DNA from: the human T2T-CHM13v2.0 reference genome, Homo sapiens
DNA length: 64,000 nt
Strand: one strand, 5' to 3'
Assembly (NCBI RefSeq): GCF_009914755.1
Contig: NC_060930.1
How positions within the stretch are numbered: the first letter of the stretch is position 1; every line of letters starts with the position of its first letter. Below the pieces are notes generated by a model, which saw only the letters and a list, made by a program, of their open reading frames with translations, did not search any database and was not told the origin of the DNA. A program made the position numbers and the translations under genes. Below, in pieces: positions 46,450 through 59,319 of this stretch.

Positions 46450-46620
46450 AGAAAATTAATCATTTGGACTTTCTGTATTACAAGTTTTACAGATGTGAAA
46501 TGATAATGATATTAATGTTTTATCCATAAAATGTATTGGTGAGAGATAAAATGAGTTACCTGCACGTAATAGTCATAACAAAGTATGGCATATAGAAATA
46601 ATACCTGAAGATTCACTATT
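46450..46620 (+). mobile_element. MIR remnant
   Basis: aagttttacagatgtgaaatgataatgata...gtgagagataaaatgagtta...tggcatatagaaa. Confidence 0.5.
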
Positions 46621-47520
46621 ACTTTTAATATAAAGTCCAAATATTAAACTATCACGTTTTGTGCTTTTGTGAAAAAAATCATGTGATGAATAGCATGTAA
46701 TCAATGCTACTATTAATAATTTCTAATTTATGTAAAAAGGCTTTGTTATAGGCAGTTAGAATAAAAACAGTAGGATGGACGAACAAACAAATGATAGATG
46801 ATAAATAGGTACATAGATATTAGATGGATAAACTCAAGTAACCAAAATTACCTAAACATGCTTACAAGAAATATTCCAAGACTTTAACATTGTCTTCTAC
46901 TTGAAAAATTGATTTAATGTGATTTTCTTTTTCTTTACACAGTGTAATTATATCATTCTAGAATATATTGCTTTTATAATTAAAAAGAGAATTGAAATGA
47001 ATTGCCTACAATAGACATTTTCTCTCTTCTTTTACTTATATAAGATAAAATAAAAGATCTAATCTATTCCCACTGTGGATAATGATTTCTGATCATCTCT
47101 TTTCATTATATGGTGTCAGTGAATCACCACCATTTGATCTTAACTACTGAAGCCTCAGTAGGCATCATTCTTTTATTACACTTAGGTTACTTCTTAGCTG
47201 TTTTCATTCAGCAGAGCAATAGAAAGCAGATAGATATTCTTCAGTATAGTTATTTCTGTAAATTCATAATGTTTTCCTTTTTCCTGATTCTCTCATTTTT
47301 CCTTGGGCCTATGAGTTTTACCCTCCTTGTAAGTGTACGAAAGAGAAGAATAAATCAGTAAACACCAGCAAGTTTGGATTTTCTGCATACACTTGTAAAC
47401 AAATCAATTGATTCCCTGAAAATGGAAATTAGTTGATTTCATCTTTATTTTACTCTTTAAATATATGAAATAGTTTACATATATGACAAATGTTCAGAAG
47501 ATATCTAGTTACACCTTGCC

Positions 47521-47571
47521 ATCATCATCAAACCTAGAATCTGTGGGTAATTAATGGTTCTTGGAAAATAT
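47521..47571 (+). repeat. 51-bp dispersed duplicate, copy 2
   Basis: Identical to 45183-45233. Confidence 0.95.
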
Positions 47572-49015
47572 CCAATATTATAATCATTTCTCTGATATTT
47601 AGGTCAATACAAAATCAATGAACCAAACTACAAACAAGCTTTCTTATTCTCTGATTTGATAACATACCCAGCACCTGTCCTTCTATACTATTAATAAACC
47701 AAAATTGGTGATAACATCTCCTTAATTAATAAATGCAATTTTAGTTATGCATACTATTGTTTACAACAGTTTTCCACTATTTATAACAGTTTTTCACATA
47801 TTTATGACATTTTCCAATGCTATAAATAATTGTATATAAATGTTTTCAGAAAAACAAAACCCTGTTATTATACTGTGTTTGAAAATCAGCTGTTCTCAGG
47901 GTCACATATTTTATTTATCTGTCATAACAGTGGATCATAAATGTGATAAGTATATAGAAATGTGTGGTTGCTATTTTTGATGGTGATAGTAGAGGAAAAA
48001 TTGCTATTCTTAAGCAACAAAGAGTTTTTCTTAAACATCAGTTGTGCTCAGTGATGTCATTTATATAGTATATACATAAAATTTTTTGTCATTGAAATAT
48101 CTTCAAGGAAAATCTCTTGTTGTTACCACTGTAAAATATACAAGATTCTAAACATTTTTATATCACTAAATTAATAATTTTCTTACTATACTTTATAATG
48201 TGTTTTTAAAATGAATTTAGCATGATATAGTAGAAAAAAAATTCCACTCAGTTTTGTCCATCTGTATATTTTACTATTTCTTGTCTATCTTTTGAGAAAC
48301 CTGTTCAGTTTTAGAACATTAAACAATCTTCCACAACTGGGTTAACATTGTAACTGGAGTGACATTATAAGTTTTCAAGGATTCCTGGAAACTAGACACT
48401 TGCCAGAACCCTAACATATGACCAGTCCACTGATTCTGCCGCTGTCGTCTGCACATCCAGTTGTCTGTCTTTCTATTATATGTCCATTAACCTATAGTAA
48501 ATTACTCAGCCCTTTGCCATCACAATCCTGAGAAGATACTCGTATCTGAAACCTAAACCATTTAATCTTATTAAAACCACCACAGTCCCAGATCCTATTT
48601 TTTAAAATCCACATTAGTTATGTATAACATGGTGGATGAAGAAAGTGACAGCGTGAATGTAACAAAATCTTATAATATATATCATTCAATAAGATGTTTA
48701 TTTGAGAAGGCTATTTGTCTATAGCTATAATTGAAATATTTTATATTTTTTCATGGTGTTTAATATGTCAAATACATCACAGGATGATTATAGTTACAAA
48801 AACTATAGCATCTGAAGGATTTGATTCTAATATTTCTGAAGTGGCTTATGTATAGGTAGGAGTACATGAGATGATTGTTCTCTGCTTTTTATGATACGAA
48901 CATTTAAACAAAAGCAACAACAAAAACAACAAAAATCAGACAACAGAAAGCCAAAATAAATGTATGGGCCTATAAAATTTACTCACCTCAAATCTTCACT
49001 ATAAAAAAAATCATG

Positions 49016-49353
<338 letters not shown>

Positions 49354-49644
49354 TCAATAGTAGGTACATTTCATGTATTTTTAGAAATACTAAAATTAAA
49401 TATTCTAAATTAAAATATTTCCAAAAATTTCCTTGGATATTCATTTTCTCTGATAGGACCTAAAAGAAATAATTTTAATTAATGGAGTTTGCTAATTGAT
49501 ATTTTTATAAAAAATAAATTGTATGTTTTTACAAGAAAAATCTATGAAGCAAATAGATAAAATATATTCAAGTTATATTTACATGTTTATATATCAAAGC
49601 CATACTTATTCTGTCTATCTTTTTCATCTCTATAAAAGTAAGAA

Positions 49645-50569
49645 CCTATTTATTCATCAAATAGTACTATTATAAGCTTTAGAAATACAGTGAATAAAAC
49701 ATATTCATTTCCTCAATAAAGATAATTTTTATAAGAACATAGGAAGATACACAAACAAGTATTTAAGCATCATGAACCTGTAGGGTAAGATTTAACCTGT
49801 TACGAGGGAGAGAGGCCTATGAAGAGCTTTCAAACACAGAAATTAACAAGTAGACAAGGGGAAGGCACAGAAGAAAGGACATCTGTTATTTGAAATGACA
49901 GAAGGTAGAATTTGAGGACAGAATCAAAACATGAATTCATTTGAACAGAGAATACAGAGCTGATTATAAAGGACTTTATATGTCTTAAGTTTAAGTTAAG
50001 AAGCTTTTAGATTTTTCTTCCAGCATTGGAAATCTATCATTCAAAGGATAACATTGTAACAAATAAAGGATTGCAATTGCTAGTAGCAGTTTAGTAGTAT
50101 GGGGGACAATATTGACTACTAGAAAACAGGTTGATAATATTTGTATACAATTTGGGGAGCAGAAGATTATCATGGGGTTGGTAGTTTCTTTGAGGAGGGG
50201 AAAGGAATGTGAAGAAGTTTAGGGTGATGCTTATGTAATTGACTTGGAAAGAAACTAAAGTAGTAATAGCATTCTGTAAGTTTGGAAAGAGAAGAGAAGG
50301 AAGAGATTTAGGTGACATATACAATATTTGGGTATGAATACAGTCATTAGCAGCCTGTAGGACATCCACAAAGAACTGTCTAATAGGAAGTTTAATGGGT
50401 CATAAATTCCAGAAAAAAAATCAAGAATGGAATATTAGTTTGAAAGTCAATCAGAATATAGTGTGTTAACAAAGATAAAGCTATGAATGAGATGAACCTG
50501 TTTAGATTAATGAAAGATTACATTCGAGGGCAAATTAAGAGAAATTTCAAGAGACTAGGAAGTAGTGTT
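49645..50569 (-). mobile_element. L2 remnant, interrupted by the L1PB and resuming after ~56695
   Basis: ttattcatcaaatag...gaaatacagtgaataaaac; ggacatcca...tgtctaataggaag...ttgaaagtcaatcag...atgaatgagat. Confidence 0.55.
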
Positions 50570-51410
50570 CAAAAATTGAGAGGCAGAAGCACATGCGGCC
50601 AGTGGAACCTGGGATTGGTAGCTGCTGCTGAGGTGGCTATGTCGGCAGTCCAACACCGACTGCCCACAGCAGCTCTTCAAGGGTTCCCCAGAGAGGTACA
50701 AGAAGAGGCATTGGAAGTGTGGTGGTGGAAAACAGCCTCCCACAGTGACTAAAGAATCTGGAATGACTGCAAGAACAAATCAGGAATCCTGAGAGGACCC
50801 ACAGACCCTCTGAAAGAAGCAGACTGCTCCTGCAGCACCCGGAAGACACCCCAAATCCTCACAGCAGCAAGACCTGCCCAAGGAAAGTCTGAGCTCAGAC
50901 ATGCCTAGCCCTGCCCCCACCTGATGGTCCTTCCCTACCTCCCCTGGTAACTGAAGACAAAGGGCATGCACTCTTGGGAGTTCTAGGGTCCTGCCAACCA
51001 CCAGTTCCTCTTCATACTACCCCAGTTGATGTTCTCTGGAAAGTGCCACCTCCTAGCAGGAGGCCAACCGGCACAAAAATAGAACATTAAGCCACCAAAG
51101 CTAAGAACCCTCATAGAGTTCATTTTGCTCCCCTGCCATCTCCACCAGAACAAGTGCTGGTATCCTGAGAGCTGAGAGACCCATAGATGGTTCACATCAC
51201 AGGACTCTGTGCAGATAACCCCCAGTACCTTGTAGACTTGCTGGGTGGCTGGACCCAGAAGAGAGATAACAATCACTGCAGTTAAGATCTCAGGAAGCCA
51301 CATACATAGGAAAAGGGGGAGAGTACTACTTCAAGGGAACACCCGTGGGACAAAAGAATCTGAACAATAGCCTTGAGCCCTAGACCTTCCCTCTAACAGA
51401 GCCTACTCAA

Positions 51411-52424
51411 ATGAGAAGGAACCAGAAAATCAACTCTAGTAAAATGACAAAACAAGACTCTTTAACACCCCCAAAAATATCACTCTAGCTCACCAGCAAT
51501 GGATCCAAACCAAGAAGAAATCCCTGATTTACCTGAAAAAGAATTCAGGAAGTTAGTTATTAATCTAATCAGGGAGATACCAGAGAAAGGCAAAGCCCAA
51601 TACAAGGAAATCTAAAAAACAATACAAGAAGTGAAGGGAGAAATATTCAAGGAAATAGATAACATAAAGAAAAAAAAACAATCAAAACTTCAGGAAACAT
51701 TGGCATTTATAGAAATGCAAGATGCTCTGGAAAGTCTCAGCAATCGAATTGATCAAGTAGAAGAAAGAAATTCAGAGTTCAAAGACAAGGTCTTCGAATT
51801 AACCCAATCCAACAAACACAAAGAAAAAGAATAAGAAAACATGAATAAAACCTCCAAGAAGTCTGGGATTATGTTAAACCACCAAATCTAAGAATAATTG
51901 GTGTTCCTGTAAAAGAAGAGAAATCTAAAAGTTTGGAAAACGTATTTAGGGGAATAATTGAGGAAAGCTTCCCCCACCTTGCTAGAGACCTAGACATCCA
52001 AATACAAGAAACACAACATCTGCGAAATTTATCACGAAAAGACCATTGCCTAGGCACGTTGTCATCAGGCTATCTAAAGTTAAGATGAAGAAAAGAATCT
52101 TAAGAGCGTGAGACAAAAGCACCAGGTAACCTATAAAGGAAAACCTATCAGATTAATAGCAGTTTTCTCAGTAGAAACCCTAGAAGCTAAAGGGATTGGG
52201 GCCCTGTCTTCAGCCTCCTCAAATGAAACAATTATCAGCCAATAATTTTGCATACAGTGAAACTAAACATTATATATGAAGGAAAAATACAGTATTTTTC
52301 AGTTAAACAAATGCTGAGAGAATTCGCCACTACCAACCCACGACTACAAGAACTGCTAAAAGAAGCTGTAAATCTTAAAACAAATCCTGGAAATACATCA
52401 AAACAGAGCCTCTTTAAAACATAA
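51411..52424 (+). pseudogene. Disrupted L1 ORF1p
   Basis: ATG at 51411 (MRRNQK..); coiled-coil remnant ESLSNRIDQVEERNSEFKDKVFELTQ; multiple stops and frameshifts. Confidence 0.88.
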
Positions 52425-52630
52425 ATTTCACAGGACCTTTTATAGGTCCTGTATAATAAAATGTATACATTTATACAATTTATATTTTATAAATACAATA
52501 TAATATTTTGTATTATATTGTATAAATACAATATAATATTTTGTATTATATTGTATAAATACAATATAGAAAGCAGAAACAACAAAACAAAACAAACAAA
52601 CAAAAACAAGGTACACAGGCAACAAATAGC

Positions 52631-55600
52631 AAGATTAATTCTGTGCTACCTCACATCGCAATACTAACATTGAATGTAAATGGCCTAAATACTCCACTTA
52701 AAAGATACAGAATTCCAGAATGGATAAGAACTCTGCAACCATCTGCTACCTTCAGGGGACTCACCTAACACATAAGGACTAACATAAACTTAAAAGTAAA
52801 GGGATGGAAAAAGGCATTTCATGCAAATGGACACCAAAAGTGAGCAGGGATAGCTATTCTTATATCAGAGAAAACAAACTTTAAAGCAACAGCAGTTAAA
52901 AAAGACAAAGAGGTACATTATATAATGGTAAAAGTCTGACAGGAAAATATCATAATCTTAAACATATATGCACCTAACACAGTGGCTCCCAAATTTATAA
53001 AATAATTACTAATAGACCTAAGAAATGAGATAAACAGGAACACAGTAATAGTGGGGGACTTCATTACTCCACTGACAGCACAAGACAGGTTATCAAGACA
53101 GAAAGTCAACAAAGAAACAATGGATTTATACTATACCTTGGAACAAATGGACTTTACATGTATACACAGAACATTTCATCCAACAAACACTGAATTCACA
53201 TTCTATTCAACAGTGCCTGGAACTTTCTACAAGATAGACTATATGATGGTAGGCCACAAAATGAGCTGTAATAAATTTAAGAGAATTGAAATTATATAAA
53301 GCACTCTTTCAGACCACAGTGGAATAAAACTGGAAATCAACTCCAAAAGGAACCTTCAAAACCCTGCAAATACATGGTTTTGCATGTATTTATGCAAATT
53401 AAATAACCTGCTCCTGAATGAGCATTGGGTCAAAAACGAAATCAAGATGGAAATTTAAAAATTCTTCAAACTGAACCACGATAATAGCACAACCTGTCAA
53501 AACCTCGGGGATACAGCAAAGATAGTGCTAGGAGGAAAGTTTATAGCCCTAAATATCTACATCAAAAAGACTGAAATACCACAAACAGACAATCTAAGGT
53601 CACACCTCAAGGAACTAGAGAAACAAGAGCAAACCAAACCTAAACCCAGCAGAAGAAATAACCAATATCAGAGCAGAACTAAATGAAATTGAAACAAACA
53701 AAAAATACAAAAGATAAATGAAACATAAAGCTGGTTCTCTGAAAAGATAAAGAAAAAAAGATAGACCATTAGCAAAATTAACGAAGAAAAGAAGAGAGAA
53801 AACCCAAATAACCTCATTAAGACATGAAACAGGAGATATTACCACTCACACCACTGAAATACAAAAGATCATTCAAAGCTACTATGAACACCTTTACACA
53901 CATAAATTAGAAAACCTAGAAGACATGGATAAATTCCTGGAAAAATACAATCCTTCTAACTTAAAACAGGAAGAATTAGATACCCTGAACAGACCCATAA
54001 CAAGCAGTAAGATTTAAATGGTAATTTAAAAATTACCAAAAAAAAAATGTCCAGGACCAGATGTATTTACAGAAGAATTCTATCAGACATTTAAAGAAGA
54101 ATTGGTAGCAATACTTTTGACATTATTCCACAAGATAGAAAAAGAGGAAACCCTCCCTAAATCATTCTATGAAGCCAGTATCACCCTATTGCCAAAACCA
54201 GGAAAGGACCTAACCAAAATGAAAACTACAGACTGATATACCTGATGAACATAGATGCTAATACCTTTAACAAAATACTAGCTAACCGAATCCAACAACA
54301 TATAAAAAAGATAATCAACAATGATCAAGTGGGTTTCATACCAGGGATGCACAGATGGTTTAACATATGCAAGTCAATAAATGTGATACAACACATAAAC
54401 AGAATTAAAACCAAAAATCACATGATTATCTCAATAGATGCAGAAAAAGCATTCAACAAAATCCAGTATCCCTTTATGATTAAAACTCTCAGCAAAATCG
54501 GCATACACGGGACATACCTCAATGTAATAAAAGCCATCTATGACAAACCCACAGCCAACATAATACTGAATGGGGAAAAGTTGAAAGCATTCCCTCTGAG
54601 AACTGCAACAAGAAAAGGATGCCAGCTCTCACCACTCTTCAACATAGTACTGGAGGTCCTAGCCAGAGCAATCAGACAAGAGAAAGAAATAAAGGGCATC
54701 CAAATCAGTAAAGAGGAAGTCAAACTGTCACTGTTTGCTAACAATATAATCGTTTACCTAGAAAATCCTAAAGACTTCTCCAGAAAGCTCCTAGAACTGA
54801 TAAAAGAAGTCAGCAAAGTTTCCGGATAATAGAGTAATGCACACAAATCCGTAGCTCTTCTATACACCAACAGCAACCAAGTGGGGAATCAAATTAAGAA
54901 CTCAATCCTTTTTACAATAGGTGCAAAAAAAAAATACTTAGGAATATACCTAACCAAAGGGGCAAAAGACCTCTAAAGGAAAGCTACAAAACACTGCTGA
55001 AAGAAGTCATAGAAGGCATAAACAAATGAAAACACATTTTGTGCTCGTGGATGGGTAGAATCAATATGGTGAAAATGGCCATACTGCCAAAAGCAATCTA
55101 CAAATTCAATGCAATCCCTATCAAAATACCAGCATCATTCTTCACAGAATTAGAAAAAACAATTCTAAAATTCATATGGAACCAAAAAAGAACCTGCATA
55201 GCCAAAGAAAGACTAAACAAAAAGAACAAATCTGGAGGCATCACAGTACCTGATTTCAAAATATAAGGCCATAGTCACCAGAACAGCGTGGTACTGGTAT
55301 CAAAATAGTCACATAGACCAATGGAACAGAATAGAGAACCCAGAAATAAACCCAAATACTTACAGCCAACTGATCTTCGACAAAACAAACAAAAAAATAA
55401 AGTGGGGAAAGGACTACCTTTTCAACAAATTGTGCTGGGATAATGGGTTAGCCACATGTAGGAGAATGAAACTGGATCCTCTTCTCTCACCTTATACGAA
55501 AATTAACTCAAGATGGATTATGTATTTAAATCTAAGACATGAAACTATAAAAATTCTACAAGATAACATTGGAAAAACCCTTCTAGACATTGGCTCAGGC

Positions 55601-56443
55601 AAGGATTTCATGACCAAGAACCCATAAAGCAAATGCAATAAAAACAAAGATAAATAGCTCAGACTTAATTAAATTGAGGAGCTTTTGCATGGCAAAAATA
55701 ACTGTCAGCAGAGTAAACAGACAACCCACATAGTCGGAAAAAATTTTCACAATCTATACATCTGACAAAGGACTGATATCCAGAATCTACAATGATCAAG
55801 CGAATCAGTAAGAAAAAAACCCAACAATTCCATCAAAAAGTGGGCTAAGGACATGAATAGACCATTCTCAAAAGTATATATACAAATGGCCAACAAACAC
55901 ATGAAACAATGCTCAACATCACTAATGATCATGGAAATACAAATCAAAACCACAATGCAATACCACCTTACTCCTGCAAGAATGGCCATAATGAAAAAAT
56001 CAAAAAACAGTAGATATTGGTGTGGATATGGTGATCAAGGAACACTTCTACACTGTTGGTGGGAATGTAAACTAGTACAGTCGCTGTGGAAAACAGTGTG
56101 GAGATTCCTTAAACAACTAAAAGTAGAGCTACCATTTGATCCAGCAATCTCACTACTGAGTATCTACCCAGAGGAAAAGAAATCATTATACAAAAAAAGA
56201 TACTTGCACACACATTTTTACAGCAGCACAATTCACAATTGCGAAACCTTGAAGCCAACCCAAATGTCCATCAATCAACAAGTGGATAAAGAAACTGTGG
56301 TATATTTATACGATGGAATACTACTCAGCCATAAAAAGGAATGAATTAACAACATTCCCAGAGACCTGGATGAGGTTCTAAGTGAAGTAACTCAGGAATG
56401 GAAAATCAAATATCGTATTTTCTCACTGATATATGGGAGCTAA
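52631..56443 (+). pseudogene. Disrupted L1 ORF2p (endonuclease, reverse transcriptase, C-terminal domain)
   Basis: [37 protein letters not shown] (dead FADD motif), [12 protein letters not shown] fragments in several frames. Confidence 0.93.
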
Positions 56444-58195
56444 GCTACGAAGATGCAAAGGCATAACAATGACACAATGGACTTTGGGGAGTTGGGGGAA
56501 GGATGGGAGGGAGGCAAGGGTTAAAGACTACAAATAAGTTGAAGTATATACTGTTCAGGTTATGGGTGCACCACAATCTCACAAATCACCACCAAAGAAC
56601 TTACTCATGTAACCAAACATCACCTGTACCCCAATAACCTTTGAAAAAATTAAAGAAGAATTTGTATATGAAAAAAAAAAACAAATATTGAGAGCCAAAC
56701 CAAGTTCAAAAACAAACAGTAAATGTCCGATAGTGTCACTGGAGTTTAAATAACCTGGTAACAGATAAATGTTTATTGGATTTAGTCAAAAGAAAGGAAA
56801 CCGTCATGTTGGTCATAAAAATTTTCTTGGAAAGTATAAGGTTTACAGAAGTTTGCGGAAACAAATAATTATGGATATCAAAAATTAAAAGTTAAATCTT
56901 TCAGAAAGTTTTCTATGAATGTAAGAAAGAGGCAATGTAGTACAGCAGATGGTCAGGTAATCAAGTAAATTCTTCTGTGTTAGTGGGAGAAAATTAAGTT
57001 CATATAAATGAAAGAAGCTAGTGAATAAATTTTAAAAATAAATGAAATGGAATAATCAATTAATCATCGATCCAGAAAATGAAAGAGTATGAAGTATAAA
57101 TGGAATGAGTAGCTATAAGAACTAGGAAAATTTTCTATTTTGTTTTATTTTATCCATTATATCTCTTATTCCACAAGAAGAGATGTGGAAAGGATGAATT
57201 CAGGCCCTAAATTTTTAGGATTCATATCAAGATGTTAAGTCATTTTCCATCTGGTTGTGTCTATGTGCTGTATGTAAGGAGGTGAAATCTTTTCAAAATG
57301 AAGGTAACTTGGTATGCATAGGATTTAGATGATTTGAACAGTTTGAATAGCCACTTGTAAGACAGAGAGAGATGATATAGGAAAACAGAAGAATGGCTGC
57401 ATTGAGAATACAATGGGCATTAAAGCAATGTATGTCGACATTTGAAGTAATTTCGATTTTTCTAATAATGTCTAGCAAACTGAGTGCATGCACAGAGAAG
57501 TCCAAGGAGGGGTTAATTCTTGATTGGGTTGTAGTGGTTGGGTGTGATTAAAGCTTATTCTTAAACATACTTTTTTTGCACATATTAAAAGACACTAGCT
57601 CTATTTGCTGTACTCAGTCCAGTTCTAAGGAGATAGTGTCACATTTTCACTTATTGAGTGAGGGTCTCTCTGGACACGACTCAGTAAAATTTTTCTTAGC
57701 TTCAATGCTTTACTCAGAACAGTTGATCTATAGCAGAATAGCTTTTAAGGTTGTCTGGAGAAAAAAAAAATGTCTAAACAGGCTGAGATAATTAGCTGTG
57801 CCTGTCATATTCTCTGAACTCTGAAAGTCTGAATTGGTGATATGACATAAAGAACAGGAGCGAGCCAAATATATAAAGAAAAAGCACAAAAATACTTACC
57901 CAAGAGAATATGAGCTATAGGTGAGGTAAAAATAAAGATAGTTTGAAATAGAATCAAGTAATGATGAGTAATCAATAAAACACTGCTCCTGGGGTCCCAA
58001 AAGGATGACTTTCTTCCTAAAGCCACTTTAGATCATTAACAATATATGAAATCAACTAATGTAAGATGTATTCTCTTGGTGAGGCCTGGTTGTATACTCT
58101 GAATTCTGGCTAGGTGGCTGAGATTTCTGTTTGCTTTATGTCTGGGTCTTTATTACAAAATTCCATTACTAAGACAATCTGAATGAGCCCCTATT

Positions 58196-58335
58196 ATATT
58201 TCATTTTATTTTATTGTGGAGACAAATTCTCACTGTGTTGCCCAAGCTAGTCTTGAATCCCTAGGCTCAAGGGATCCTTCCACGTCAGCCTCCCAAAGTG
58301 CTGGGATTACAGCACATGAACCACTGTGCTAGGCC
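58196..58335 (-). mobile_element. FLAM (Alu left monomer)
   Basis: Single monomer ctcactgtgttgcccaagctagtcttgaa...ggctcaagggatcc...ggcc; near-TSD gcc(c/t)ctatt. Confidence 0.85.
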
Positions 58336-58621
58336 ATGCCTCTATTTTTAAAAAAAAAATAGTTTTTTCTTCCATTTCTCCTTTCCTCTTCAATTATTTG
58401 AATTTAAATAGCCATTAAGGTGCTTCCTATTTTCACTGGGTGGGAATTGGGGTGTGGATTATGAACAATGTTCATATTACTAGAAGAAAAGCTGGACAAG
58501 CAGAAAGTTTATGACTTTTATTGCTCCTATCAGAATATTGAAGCCATAGGTCAACTGACTGGTCAAAAAGTCAATGAGAGACAATCATCTGCAAGAAATG
58601 ACTATACATGAGGACTGGATT

Positions 58622-59311
58622 TGTTGGGAAAATGTAATTAAAGATAAAATCTCTTAAACCAGAAAATCTCGCCACACAAGTAAAATAGAAGGAAAACAAT
58701 TTTCTTATTGAATAAGCATTAGACTAGAATTAGTTATTAATCACAAGCAATCTGCCAAGAGGTTGCAAACACAGAAAAAATCTCAACTGTTTGTTAAATC
58801 AAGCAGATACAATCCATTATATATGTGTTCTCAAGACAAACAATAACTAATCCCCATGTAAGGGGACTTGACAGCACCATTTGTCAGATGTAGTCCATCC
58901 TAAATTCATTTTGCAGTTGAAGTGATGACCTGTGTTAGTTAATTAGCTTTACCGGAAAGAAAGAATAAACATTTCATATCTTTATGATGGCAGTGGTTTT
59001 GCAACTTGAGAGGGGCATGCTCTGAAGTTAGATTTTTCTCCTCCCACAGAAATTAGGGGAAAGGGACTTTATCTTCCTTGATAATTACATTTCAAAGAGA
59101 TGGTTCTCAGGTCCTTGAGAAAAACATTCCTGTGTCATTAAGCTGTCAAGAGGCTTATTGAACTTTTAAAAAGATTTATACACATTTCAAAAAGACACAG
59201 AGATAACTTAAAATTACAAGTTTTCTAAGGTAAATGCTCTAGGAAAATTAGAGGGAGGGTCTTTTGCCTTATTTTCAAGCTTCCTATTTTTAAATTGTAT
59301 TTGCCTTTACA
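58622..59311 (-). mobile_element. ERV1-class solo LTR, MER34-like
   Basis: tg...ca termini; minus strand starts tgtaaaggcaaatacaatttaaaaatagg; ccttgataattacatttcaaagagatggttctcaggtccttgag. Confidence 0.7.
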
Positions 59312-59319
59312 CTTTCCTG

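Larger units (their letters stand above)
50583..56681 (+). mobile_element. L1PB (L1PB1-like) near-full-length insertion with non-L1 leader
   Basis: TSD caaa(a/t)attgagag at 50570-50582 and 56682-56694; L1PB 5'UTR motifs (cccacagaccctctgaa), ORF1, ORF2, PB-type 3' end (aaatcaccaccaaagaacttactcatgtaacc), A11 tail. Confidence 0.95.

Noticed and set aside
54245-54829. 194-aa reverse-transcriptase ORF
   Set aside because: Fragment of dead L1 ORF2 with the catalytic DD mutated; not a functional gene.
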